A stretch of DNA of 64,000 bases from Pseudanabaena frigida (GTDB lineage: Bacteria; Cyanobacteriota; Cyanobacteriia; Pseudanabaenales; Pseudanabaenaceae), in the NCBI GenBank assembly GCA_003242085.1, contig QBML01000010.1:41983-105982 (forward strand). Direction: 5' to 3'. This document shows positions 9,146 through 18,480 of the stretch, in pieces; position 1 is the first letter of the stretch; every line of letters starts with the position of its first letter. Below the pieces are notes generated by a model. It saw nothing but the letters and a program-made list of their open reading frames with translations, ran no database searches and had not been told where the DNA came from. The position numbers and the translations under genes are program-made.

Positions 9146-11623
9146 TTATAGTATAGGTTCAATCAGGTCAATTAATTTCTCAAACTGAAAATTACGTGTA
9201 AGTTTAGATAGCGATCGCGCTAAAGCACTTTCTCGATCTGGGATTTCTTCAATTAGTTGCATAACGAGATTTTTATCAGCTTCTAGAGCCGATTTATACA
9301 ATTGCATGATCCATCGATCGGGCATGATTTTTAACTTTTCAGATATTAGAGACATTTCTAAATAAACGTCAATTTTTTGGTCGATTTCCTGTGTATTTTC
9401 TAAAACTTGCTCGTATACATATTTCACCCCCAGATGCTTAGCAAGGGTGTCAAAAATGATTTGTTCTCTAAATGGTTTACGGACAAAATCATCACACCCT
9501 GTTGAAAGTACGATCGCCTTTTCTTCTTCCAAGACGCTAGCTGTTAAGGCAATAACAGCCGTGGCGTTGCCTTTGGTGGTGGACTTAATGTACTGTGTCG
9601 CCTCATATCCATCCATCACAGGCATTCGCATATCCATCCAGATCAAGTGCGGCTCCCATACATCCCAAATCGCGATCGCTTCTTGCCCATTGCTAGCTTC
9701 TTTGACTTCAAAGCCCATCGGGTGGAGCAACTTTGTCAATAGTTGACAATTAACAGGCTTGTCGTCCACTACTAAGATTTTGTAGGTCGGCTGGTTGGGG
9801 GCTAGCGATAATGCACGTCTTTTATTTGTGGGATCGTTAATTGATTCCTGACCGATTTGAGCCTGAATCTGAAATTGAAAACTAGTTCCCTGTTTAAGTT
9901 CACTAGTCACGGAAATATCGCCACCCATCAATTGTACAAATTTGCGACTAATTGCTAGCCCCAAACCTGTACCTTCTTGTTTTTCTCTACCTGCCTGAGC
10001 TTGTGCAAAGGAAATAAATAAATTAGATAGCTCTTCGGGAGAAATGCCCACTCCAGTGTCACGAATTGTAAAATCTAAGATGCATTCATTAGCGTTACAG
10101 TTGGCTAATTTGCTGACATTTTTTAAATTTAAATGGACTGTCCCCACCTCCGTAAATTTAATCGCATTGCCTAATAGATTGATTAAGACTTGACGGAGCT
10201 TGACTTCATCTGTACGAATATAACGAGGTACATCATGATCGCGCTCAAATACTAAATTGATGCCACCATTAGCGGCTCGGATTTGAAACATATCCTCTAC
10301 ATCATCAAGTAAATTATAGAGATCGAAATTATGCACATTGAGTGTTGATTTGCCTGCTTCAATTTTCGATAGATCGAGTATGTTATTGATAAGTGTCAGT
10401 AGATAATCGCCGCAACGGTAAATGATGCTGGCATTTTCATAGTGTTCTGTGGGCAGATTAGTGGTTCGCAACATTAATTGTGAAAAGCCAATCACGGCAT
10501 TGAGAGGCGATCGCAGTTCATGGCTCATATTGGCGATGAAAGCACTTTTAGCTTGATTAGCCGCTTCTGCTTTTGTGGCAAGTGCTTTCGCGTTAGCTTC
10601 GCTTAGTTGTAGTTCTTGAGTGCGTTCAATTACTCGCTGTTCCAAGTCAATATTTGCTCTTTGTAAGCGCAAATTCGCTCGATCGTTTTCCGAAACAATG
10701 GCAAGTACTGACATTGTTGTAATTGCAATCACGCCCATAAAAAGCTGTAGCAATAAAACGGAGTTGCCTTCTACCGTAGATTTATAAAAAACGCCCAATT
10801 GATTGGCTGTTGCGTATGTGGCGGTCATGGAAATAAGCACGACCATGAGAGTGGTATACTTAGCCCCAAAACGAAAAGCTGACCACAGTAAGGGTGGTAG
10901 CAGTAAATATTCAATTGGTTGGTCTTTAAAAAACGAAAGATAAGAAATAACTATTAAACTGGCGATACTCGAAACTACTTCCCAATGCAGCCAAGACTTG
11001 ATCTTGTAATCCTTGGGCGATCGCAACCAAACAAAAACAAGAGGAGCAAATAGCAGAACGCTAATGGAATCACCAATCCACCAAGGAAAAAAAGCCTTGG
11101 CTAAATTGTCACTCCAAAGCTTGCTCATAAATGAGCTGTAGGAGAGTATGCCAACGATCGGCTGAAAAACAGTTCCCGTGAACATCGAACACAATGTAAA
11201 AATTACTACATGGCGAACATGGCGTAGAGGATAGTTGCTACGGGTAAAATGGAGAATTAGAGAAACTGTAATTAATGCTCCAATCGTCGAGCCAATACTT
11301 GCGCCTATGGGAGGCAATATAACTGATAATCCCCGTTTGAGATAATTGAAATAGAGTGTTCCTAAAAAAACGCCAAACCAGCGCGATCGCCCCCAACTTA
11401 ACAGCAAACCGACGACGATACCAGCCCCTGGCCAGACAGGAGAGGGAATGTTGGGGTTTTTAGGTATCGTATTGATTACTAACCAAGAGACTGAAGTATA
11501 GGCAAAAGCAATGATGAAGACTTCAATCCACCAACGAGGATTTTTGAACTCTAGACCAAATCGGGATAGAGTCCATTTTGAATCGGCAGGTATCTGGGGA
11601 AACTTTATTAGATTATTGGTCAC
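9146..11623 (-). CDS. MASE1-domain hybrid histidine kinase (MASE1-HisKA-HATPase-REC)
   Basis: Multi-TM N-terminus with SPVWPGAG, WWIGD and LLWSAFRFG; FIANMSHELRSPLN; NLLGNAIKFT; GTGLGLAIS; REC LIWMDMRMPVMDG. GTG start. Confidence 0.92.
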   Translation of the reverse strand: MTNNLIKFPQIPADSKWTLSRFGLEFKNPRWWIEVFIIAFAYTSVSWLVINTIPKNPNIPSPVWPGAGIVVGLLLSWGRSRWFGVFLGTLYFNYLKRGLSVILPPIGASIGSTIGALITVSLILHFTRSNYPLRHVRHVVIFTLCSMFTGTVFQPIVGILSYSSFMSKLWSDNLAKAFFPWWIGDSISVLLFAPLVFVWLRSPKDYKIKSWLHWEVVSSIASLIVISYLSFFKDQPIEYLLLPPLLWSAFRFGAKYTTLMVVLISMTATYATANQLGVFYKSTVEGNSVLLLQLFMGVIAITTMSVLAIVSENDRANLRLQRANIDLEQRVIERTQELQLSEANAKALATKAEAANQAKSAFIANMSHELRSPLNAVIGFSQLMLRTTNLPTEHYENASIIYRCGDYLLTLINNILDLSKIEAGKSTLNVHNFDLYNLLDDVEDMFQIRAANGGINLVFERDHDVPRYIRTDEVKLRQVLINLLGNAIKFTEVGTVHLNLKNVSKLANCNANECILDFTIRDTGVGISPEELSNLFISFAQAQAGREKQEGTGLGLAISRKFVQLMGGDISVTSELKQGTSFQFQIQAQIGQESINDPTNKRRALSLAPNQPTYKILVVDDKPVNCQLLTKLLHPMGFEVKEASNGQEAIAIWDVWEPHLIWMDMRMPVMDGYEATQYIKSTTKGNATAVIALTASVLEEEKAIVLSTGCDDFVRKPFREQIIFDTLAKHLGVKYVYEQVLENTQEIDQKIDVYLEMSLISEKLKIMPDRWIMQLYKSALEADKNLVMQLIEEIPDRESALARSLSKLTRNFQFEKLIDLIEPIL

Positions 11624-11660
11624 AACTGCCTTTCCCTAACATAAAAATAATTTAGGATTG

Positions 11661-13601
11661 CTATATACACTCCGCTAATTCTAGCCAACGCTCGGTTGAC
11701 TTATCGATCGCCTCAGTCAGTTCGGACAGACGCGCTGAAAGCTTTTGGATTTCTACGTGTCCACTGGGTGGATTGTGATAGAGCTTCTTCTCGAGTTGAG
11801 TTTTTTCCTCTTCGAGTTTTGGGATTTTTGCCTCTAGCTCCTCATATTCCCGCTTCTCTTTGTAAGAAAGTTGCGAAGGCTTTTTGGTTACAGTTTTTGG
11901 AGCTTCAGGAGGCATTGGAACTGAACTATTGGATTTCTGCTCTTTAGAGGATTTATTCGATTGTTCTTTTATATCATTAGCTTCTTTCTCAGATTCATCT
12001 TTTTTGTATTCCAAGTAGATAGAATAGTTTCCTGGATATAAGCGAACTTCTCCAGCAGCCTCGAAAGAAAATACCATCTCAACTGTTCGATCTAGAAAAT
12101 AGCGATCGTGAGAAACTACGATTACGCAGCCATTAAAGTCTTCAAGATACTCTTCTAAAACTGCTAAAGTTTGTACATCTAAATCGTTAGTCGGTTCGTC
12201 GAGGATCAATACATTCGGAGCCGCCATCAATACTTTCAAGAGGAATAAGCGCCTCTTTTCACCACCTGAGAGTTTATTGATTGGTGCATATTGTTGATTG
12301 GGAGGGAACAGAAATCGTTCTAGCATTTGTGAAGCTGTAATCACGCTGCCATCGGCAGTCTTGACTAGTTCCGATACATCCTTAAGGTAATCGATTACGC
12401 GCTGGTTACCATGCTCGGCGAGATCGTCAGAATGCTGATCGAAATAGCCAAAATGAATCGTTGTCCCAATTTCTACGGTACCTTCATCGGGTTGCAATCT
12501 TCCAGTGATGATGTTCATCAGCGTAGATTTACCAGCACCATTACTGCCGATGATGCCAATGCGATCTTCGGGAGTGAAGTTATAAGAGAAGTCTTTAATC
12601 AGGGTACGATCGCTATAGGATTTACCAACGCGATCGAGTTCGACGACTTTTTTGCCAATGCGCCGCCCTGTGGTGGTGATATCGACTTTGGCATTAGCTT
12701 GTTTAAATTCCGTTGCTTGCAAAGCATGGGCGCGATCGATGCGTGCTTTTTGTTTGGTGCTCCGCGCCTTCGGTCCTTTTTTTAGCCATTCCAACTCACG
12801 GCGCAATAGTCCCGCGTGTTTGCGCTGCGTACTTAACGCTGATTCTTCTGCCTCTGCTTTCTTTTCTAAATAATAGGAGTAGTTTCCTGAATAAGTGTAT
12901 AAATCACCGCGATCGATTTCGATAATCCGATTGGTAACTTTATCGAGAAAATAGCGATCGTGGGTAATCAGCAGCAATGCACCCCGATAACGATTGAGAT
13001 AGCTTTGTAACCATTCCACCGAGAGGGCATCAAGATGGTTAGTCGGCTCATCCATCAGCAAGACATCAGGTGCAGATAGTAAAGCCGAGGCGATCGCAAT
13101 GCGTTTACGATATCCACCAGAAAGACTACCGATTTTTGCTTCTAAATCTTCAATTCCTAATTTAGTAAGAACAATTTTGGCAGTGGTTTCTAAGTCCCAA
13201 GCGCCAGTTATATCCATGCGTTCGGATACTATTGACAATCGATCCAATAATCGTTCTTGATCGCCATGTCCGTGCGATAACTTATCAGAGATCTCTTCAT
13301 ATTCTTTTACTAGCGCCATTTGTTCGCCACTATCGGCAAATACTTGCTCTAAAACTGTAAGTTCCTCATTCAGGTCTGGCTGCTGCGGCAAATAGATAAT
13401 TTTTGCGCTGGAATTTACCCATAATTCGCCACTATCGCTAGTCTCTAACCCAGCAATCATTTTTAGCAATGTGGATTTGCCCGAACCATTTGTGCCGATC
13501 AGCCCAACTTTGTCGCCTTCATCAAGGCTAAAACTGGCGTCTTTGAGGATTTCCTTAATGCCAAAATCTTTTTTGAGCGATCGCAGTGTAAAAAGTGCCA
13601 T
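11661..13601 (-). CDS. ABC-F family ATPase (Uup-like)
   Basis: Two ABC cassettes (GTNGSGKST/LSGG/LLMDEPTN and GSNGAGKST/LSGGE/LILDEPTN), no TM segments, C-terminal coiled coil. Confidence 0.92.
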   Translation of the reverse strand: MALFTLRSLKKDFGIKEILKDASFSLDEGDKVGLIGTNGSGKSTLLKMIAGLETSDSGELWVNSSAKIIYLPQQPDLNEELTVLEQVFADSGEQMALVKEYEEISDKLSHGHGDQERLLDRLSIVSERMDITGAWDLETTAKIVLTKLGIEDLEAKIGSLSGGYRKRIAIASALLSAPDVLLMDEPTNHLDALSVEWLQSYLNRYRGALLLITHDRYFLDKVTNRIIEIDRGDLYTYSGNYSYYLEKKAEAEESALSTQRKHAGLLRRELEWLKKGPKARSTKQKARIDRAHALQATEFKQANAKVDITTTGRRIGKKVVELDRVGKSYSDRTLIKDFSYNFTPEDRIGIIGSNGAGKSTLMNIITGRLQPDEGTVEIGTTIHFGYFDQHSDDLAEHGNQRVIDYLKDVSELVKTADGSVITASQMLERFLFPPNQQYAPINKLSGGEKRRLFLLKVLMAAPNVLILDEPTNDLDVQTLAVLEEYLEDFNGCVIVVSHDRYFLDRTVEMVFSFEAAGEVRLYPGNYSIYLEYKKDESEKEANDIKEQSNKSSKEQKSNSSVPMPPEAPKTVTKKPSQLSYKEKREYEELEAKIPKLEEEKTQLEKKLYHNPPSGHVEIQKLSARLSELTEAIDKSTERWLELAECI

Positions 13602-13728
13602 GCATTATTATCTATGAACTTAAAGTCTAGTTTAGCCTGATTTCGATGACTGCCATTGTCAACGAGCTTTGCACATGGTAAACCAATAAAGCAAAGAGAG
13701 GCAGTGCGAAGCACTACCACTTTTTAAT

Positions 13729-14325
13729 TTATTGCTCTTTCAGCCGATACCAGAAAAGTGTCAGCAAAATGATTCCAGTTAGCAATCCGTAAATCGCACC
13801 GATAAAAAGTGTCAGAAAATATCCTAATTCACTCATTAATAGACTGCCAATTAGGACGCTGATATACCAACTTGCCGTGGTTCCGACAATCCACCAGTTT
13901 GACAGCTTGAAGTCTTGTCTTAAGATCGTCCACTGTGCTAATCCCATTGAAAAACCACGCAGACAAGTATACATCGCTAAAAAATCAACTGCGTCTCCAT
14001 AGGTAATCGCTAACTGAAAACTCGCCCAAGAACTCAGATACCCACCCACGGTACCGCCAATCGAAGTCGTCCATAACCATCCCCTCCCCAAAATATATTT
14101 TCTGAGCGCTAGCCACTGTGCTGCCGCGATCGCCAAGCTCATCGCTGTAAAACTCAGTAAAATGCCAAGATTGCCTTGTATGTAATATGTGACGAAAGTA
14201 CTGATTTTGCCGCCAACTGAGTAACCGATCGCGGTTGCTACAACCCAAAGCGGTAAAAAGCTCCAATGTGGTTTCCGTATGGTTAGCCTTTTTACTCTAA
14301 ACTTTATCCTAAGCTTTTCTAGCAA
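13729..14325 (-). CDS. Hypothetical multi-pass membrane protein (start uncertain)
   Basis: About six hydrophobic helices with repeated AQW.LR motifs. The TTG start lies only 17 bp from the divergent gene, so the true start may be internal. Confidence 0.65.
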   Translation of the reverse strand: MLEKLRIKFRVKRLTIRKPHWSFLPLWVVATAIGYSVGGKISTFVTYYIQGNLGILLSFTAMSLAIAAAQWLALRKYILGRGWLWTTSIGGTVGGYLSSWASFQLAITYGDAVDFLAMYTCLRGFSMGLAQWTILRQDFKLSNWWIVGTTASWYISVLIGSLLMSELGYFLTLFIGAIYGLLTGIILLTLFWYRLKEQ

Positions 14326-14342
14326 AGATTTGAGCCTAATTA

Positions 14343-15350
14343 ATGAGAAGACTATACTTTTTACTTCCAGGAACTACAAGTAAATTTGCCTGTGGTGGAT
14401 TGTGGGCAGAATTAAAAACGCTAAGACTGACGCAACAGGTTTGTTCTGCGGAAGTAGTTACTTATCGCCAACGCGAGAAAGATCATCTATGGCTCGATGA
14501 TTTGCTAAATACTGATGACACTAATCGCGCCTTAGATGATGTAATTTTTGTGATGTGTTGGGGCTTTGACGTTGCCAAACTAGCTCCTAAGTTAAAGTCA
14601 CTTAATGCGATTTATCATGCCCATAGTGTCGGTTATGGATTTAACTTGTCATCCAGTGTGCCAATTATTACAGTCAGCCGCAATACGCTAGGCTACTGGG
14701 GGCAGCGATCGCCCCATGCGCTACTTTACTATTTACCTAACGAGATTTCTGATAAGTTTCATGATTACCAAGGCGATCGCGATATTGATGTTTTAGTTCA
14801 GGCTCGGAAATCTTCTCGCTATTTGATGAAACAATTAATTCCCGCTTTGCAAGATCGCTGTAATGTAAAAATTGTTGATAGTTATGTAGAGGATTTAGAA
14901 GGATTATTTAATCGAGCGAAAGTTTATCTATATGATTCGGCAGAGTACTGGGCAGTGCAAGGTGTAACTGAAGGCTTTGGACTGCAACCAATGGAAGCTA
15001 TGGCATGTGGATGTCAAGTTTTTTCAAGTATCAATCACGGCTTATCCGATTATCTAGATCCAGCTTTTAACTGTTATAAAATTGCTGGTTATTCTCAAGA
15101 ATTCGATCTGCAACGCATTCTCAAAGTAATTCATAGTGAGAAAAAGCTAGCTTTAGCACCAAGCATTTTAGAAGAATATCGATCGGAAAATATTATTAAT
15201 CGCTTACAAGTAATATTAGATGACTTAAATGAATTTTTCGATCGCAAACAATCCTACCAAAGCGATATTCCAGATTTAAATTACTGGCAAATTATGAAGT
15301 TGCGATCGAAAAGAATATTCACAAAGTTCAGCAAAAAATTAAAGAATTAA
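14343..15350 (+). CDS. Glycosyltransferase (GT-B, GT4-like)
   Basis: C-terminal EGFGLQPMEAMACGC motif. Confidence 0.8.
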   Translation: MRRLYFLLPGTTSKFACGGLWAELKTLRLTQQVCSAEVVTYRQREKDHLWLDDLLNTDDTNRALDDVIFVMCWGFDVAKLAPKLKSLNAIYHAHSVGYGFNLSSSVPIITVSRNTLGYWGQRSPHALLYYLPNEISDKFHDYQGDRDIDVLVQARKSSRYLMKQLIPALQDRCNVKIVDSYVEDLEGLFNRAKVYLYDSAEYWAVQGVTEGFGLQPMEAMACGCQVFSSINHGLSDYLDPAFNCYKIAGYSQEFDLQRILKVIHSEKKLALAPSILEEYRSENIINRLQVILDDLNEFFDRKQSYQSDIPDLNYWQIMKLRSKRIFTKFSKKLKN

Positions 15351-15379
15351 AAGAAGTGACGCAAAACGTCACTTCTTTT
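15349..15379. terminator. Hairpin at glycosyltransferase stop, 13-bp stem, likely bidirectional terminator
   Basis: AAAAGAAGTGACG-CAAAA-CGTCACTTCTTTT between convergent genes. Confidence 0.65.
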
Positions 15380-15403
15380 TGCGTGTTTAGGCTTCATGTA
15401 GTA

Positions 15404-15482
15404 CAAGAAATTTTTTGAAAGTTTTGCTTCGCAAAACTTTCAAAAAATTTCTTGGTTTTTGAGAAAGTGCAAAGCGCTGTAA
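15404..15482. repeat. Long hairpin element, family B copy 1 (24-bp perfect stem + GTGCAAAGCGCTGTAA tail)
   Basis: CAAGAAATTTTTTGAAAGTTTTGC-TTC-GCAAAACTTTCAAAAAATTTCTTG; tail at 15467-15482. Confidence 0.9.
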
Positions 15483-15487
15483 TTCTT

Positions 15488-16342
15488 TTAGTTCTTAACC
15501 AGTCCCGTTAATGGAGAACTCGCACTTGCATAAGCTTTGATAGGAATTCTGCCCGATAAATAGGCGGTTCTTCCTGCTTCGGTTGCCATACCCATTGCTC
15601 TTCCCATAGCAACTGGATTACTAGCACAGGCGATCGCGGTATTCACCAACAAAGCTGCTGCTCCCAACTCCATCGCCGCCGCCGCTTCGCTCGGCACACC
15701 GATTCCCGCATCGACAACTACAGGTACTTTTGCCTCTTCGATGATGATCGAAATATTGGCGGCATTATTAATCCCTTGCCCTGAACCAATCGGTGATCCG
15801 AGAGGCATCACGGTGACGCAACCAATTTCTTCAAGGGTTTTGGCAAGCCTTGGATCGGCATTGATATAAGGCAGTACCGCGAAGCCTTCTTTGACCAACT
15901 GTTCGGCAGCTTTACAAGTTCCCAGCGGATCGGGTAGTAAATACTTAAGATCGGGAATTACTTCTAGCTTGACAAAATTATTATCTTCTTGACCCAAGAT
16001 TTTTGCCATCTCGCGTCCTAATCTTGCTACGCGCACCGCCTCATCGGCAGTTTGACAGCCTGCGGTATTTGGCAAGAGCCAATATTTGCTCCAGTTGATC
16101 GCTTCACCCAGTCCTTCATGTCCTGCCGCATTGGTTTGCACTCTTCGTACCGCCACGGTGACAATTTCGCAGCCACTAGCCTCGATCGCCTGACGCATCA
16201 CATCAAAATTGGCATATTTACCTGAGCCAGTCATTAGTCGCGATCGGAACTTACGACCCGCAATTTCGAGCAGATCGTCAGATAAATCCGTAGAGTCAGA
16301 TATTTGGTTACTTAGAGTGAAAAAAGGCGAAGAAGCGATCAT
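15488..16342 (-). CDS. thiG: Thiazole synthase
   Basis: [55 protein letters not shown]. Confidence 0.97.
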   Translation of the reverse strand: MIASSPFFTLSNQISDSTDLSDDLLEIAGRKFRSRLMTGSGKYANFDVMRQAIEASGCEIVTVAVRRVQTNAAGHEGLGEAINWSKYWLLPNTAGCQTADEAVRVARLGREMAKILGQEDNNFVKLEVIPDLKYLLPDPLGTCKAAEQLVKEGFAVLPYINADPRLAKTLEEIGCVTVMPLGSPIGSGQGINNAANISIIIEEAKVPVVVDAGIGVPSEAAAAMELGAAALLVNTAIACASNPVAMGRAMGMATEAGRTAYLSGRIPIKAYASASSPLTGLVKN

Positions 16343-16375
16343 ATCAAGGGATTAAAAGGTTATTTGCAAATCTCA

Positions 16376-16407
16376 AGGATTAAATGTGCTTGCGCGCATT
16401 TAATCCT
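16376..16407. repeat. Intergenic hairpin (14-bp stem, one G.T pair)
   Basis: AGGATTAAATGTGC-TTGC-GCGCATTTAATCCT. Confidence 0.7.
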
Positions 16408-16538
16408 ATGCTAATCAATTTCAAGGATATATAACAGTTTGCGGTTTGAAGGCGCAATTTTTTATTAAGATACTCTAGTGTCTTCTGTGATATCCAAAAT
16501 TTCCATAGTATTCCCATAGCAAGTAGCAATTTAGTTTC

Positions 16539-17486
16539 ATGGCTAACCTCAAATCTATCCGCGATCGCATCGGCACTGTTAAGAATACTCGCAAGATTAC
16601 TGAAGCAATGCGTCTTGTCGCCGCCGCAAAGGTCAGACGCGCTCAGCAGCAAGTTTTAGCAACTCGTCCCTTTGCCGATCGCCTCGCTCAAGTTCTCTAT
16701 CGCCTCCAGCAGCGCATCACTTTCGAGGATGTCAGTCTACCCTTACTCGACAAGCGTCCTGTTAAAACCGTTGGTCTACTGGTAATTTCAGGCGATCGCG
16801 GTCTTTGTGGTGGCTATAACTCATCGATTATCCGTCGTGCTGAAGCTCGTGCTAAAGAACTAAAAGAACAAGGTATTAATTACACCTTTATTTTAGTTGG
16901 TCGTAAGGCTGCGCAATACTTTGCCCGTCGCGATCAACCGATCGCCGCTAAGTTTACTAACTTAAACCAAATTCCTAATGCAGCTGAAGCTAATGCGATC
17001 GGTGATGAAATTACTTCAGCATTTTTAGGAGGCGTAATCGATCGTGTCGAGCTAATCTATACCCGCTTTGTGTCTTTGATTAGCTCTCGTCCCGCCGTGC
17101 AAACTCTATTGCCCCTTGAGCCACAAGGTCTAGAGCCTCAAGACGATGAAATTTTCCGCCTAATTACTCGTGGTGGCAAGTTTCAAGTTGAGCGCGAAAA
17201 ACGTGAAATTACAGTTAAGGAATTGCCCAAAGAATTAATTTTCGAGCAAAATCCCGAGCAAATCCTCGATGCGTTGCTGCCTCTTTACCTCAGCAATCAA
17301 ATCCTTCGCGCATTGCAAGAGTCTATTGCCAGCGAACTGGCTTCTCGGATGACGGCAATGAGTAATGCAACTGAGAATGCTGGCGATCTGATCAAGTCCC
17401 TCACCTTGCAGTACAACAAAGCACGTCAAGCAGCCATTACTCAAGAAATCCTTGAAGTTGTTGGTGGCGCAGCCGCTTTAACTTAA
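16539..17486 (+). CDS. atpG: F0F1 ATP synthase subunit gamma (atpC in cyanobacterial naming)
   Basis: [11 protein letters not shown]...[63 protein letters not shown]; includes the cyanobacterial insertion. Confidence 0.98.
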   Translation: MANLKSIRDRIGTVKNTRKITEAMRLVAAAKVRRAQQQVLATRPFADRLAQVLYRLQQRITFEDVSLPLLDKRPVKTVGLLVISGDRGLCGGYNSSIIRRAEARAKELKEQGINYTFILVGRKAAQYFARRDQPIAAKFTNLNQIPNAAEANAIGDEITSAFLGGVIDRVELIYTRFVSLISSRPAVQTLLPLEPQGLEPQDDEIFRLITRGGKFQVEREKREITVKELPKELIFEQNPEQILDALLPLYLSNQILRALQESIASELASRMTAMSNATENAGDLIKSLTLQYNKARQAAITQEILEVVGGAAALT

Positions 17487-17525
17487 ACAAAAAGAGCGGT
17501 GCGTAGCACCGCTCTTTTTGTTTAA
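17483..17525. terminator. 20-bp perfect hairpin with GC-GTA-GC cap at the ATP synthase gamma stop
   Basis: TTAAACAAAAAGAGCGGTGC-GTA-GCACCGCTCTTTTTGTTTAA. Confidence 0.8.
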
Positions 17526-17538
17526 AGCAATTATCGAT

Positions 17539-17622
17539 CAAACTAAGAAAGATTTTGAAAGCGTTGCTTTGCAACGCTTTCAAAATCTTTCTTAGTTTGG
17601 GTTAGCGTGCAAAGCGCTGTAA
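17539..17622. repeat. Long hairpin element, family B copy 2 (29-bp perfect stem + GTGCAAAGCGCTGTAA tail)
   Basis: CAAACTAAGAAAGATTTTGAAAGCGTTGC-TTT-GCAACGCTTTCAAAATCTTTCTTAGTTTG; tail at 17607-17622. Confidence 0.9.
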
Positions 17623-17680
17623 GTTCAAAATGTCTTAACTTACAAAACTTTTAACAGAACAAGATTCTTTCTATGACTAT

Positions 17681-17711
17681 AAAAAAGGACAGGCATCGCC
17701 TGTCCTTTTTT
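17681..17711 (-). terminator. Probable intrinsic terminator of hup
   Basis: AAAAAAGGACAGGC-ATC-GCCTGTCCTTTTTT, directly after the hup stop. Confidence 0.75.
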
Positions 17712-17713
17712 TA

Positions 17714-18013
17714 TTAGTCAGAAGGAGGGCTGACTTGTTCCTTGAAGGACTTCCCAGCCGAAAAAGCAGGTACTTTAGTGGCAGGAATTTCCATCTTTTC
17801 ACCAGTTTTAGGATTGCGACCTTCTCTGGCTTTGCGTGCTCTAGCTTCAAATGAGCCGAAGCCAACCAAAGTTACTTTGTCTCCGCCAGCTACAGTATCA
17901 ATGATTACTTCAAGCGTAGCTGAGAGGACTTCGTCGGCAGTCTTTTTGTTGACTGACAAGCCTTTCTCGGTAGCTTTTTTAGCAATAGCATCAACTAGTT
18001 CACCTTTGTTCAT
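17714..18013 (-). CDS. hup: HU histone-like DNA-binding protein
   Basis: MNKGELVDAI, GDKVTLVGFGSF, RKAREGRNPKTGE, VPAFSAGK. Confidence 0.97.
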   Translation of the reverse strand: MNKGELVDAIAKKATEKGLSVNKKTADEVLSATLEVIIDTVAGGDKVTLVGFGSFEARARKAREGRNPKTGEKMEIPATKVPAFSAGKSFKEQVSPPSD

Positions 18014-18143
18014 AGGTTTCCCCTTTATATATAGATGATTATGAGTATGAGTTTAATGTCAAAGTAATACTTGTGCGATCGCTTTTTGCAGAACCCGCAC
18101 TGCCTATGACTTCTGTTTGATCATTCTAATAGCAACTTACCAC

Positions 18144-18159
18144 TTGTGTATATACACAA
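18144..18159. promoter_or_regulatory. 16-bp perfect palindrome in the hup/EamA divergent promoter region; candidate operator
   Basis: TTGTGTATATACACAA is its own reverse complement; it lies about 130 bp upstream of the hup start. Confidence 0.4.
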
Positions 18160-18480
18160 CGGTTAATTTATATGGATTTGAGCAGTTTTTTTTAATTACT
18201 TATTACTCTAATTCTTTATTAGATCGCTGTAACCCTTTGCTGGTAACGGTTTTGGCAAATCAAAAAACAATGGGAGTAGTGTAAGGCATACAGGGCAAGC
18301 ACTTCACAAAAGTTCAAGTTTTTCCAATAAATCTCTAAAATTAATCGAATGTGCCCCACCTAATTCAAAATTATTTTTAGTTGCTTTGTTCTCAATGATT
18401 CATAACTCGGGGTTTTGATCGAGATAGTATGATTAATAATTCGCAATTAAACTTTGCAATTCCACTCACTATCCTAAAGT

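Noticed and set aside
16343-16538. TPP riboswitch upstream of thiG
   Set aside because: The gap is about 200 bp, shared with the ATP synthase gamma promoter, and I could not identify a TPP aptamer fold; only a 14-bp hairpin is present.
16380-16652. 90-aa minus-strand ORF overlapping the ATP synthase gamma start
   Set aside because: Antisense overlap, ends inside a hairpin, and no family motif.
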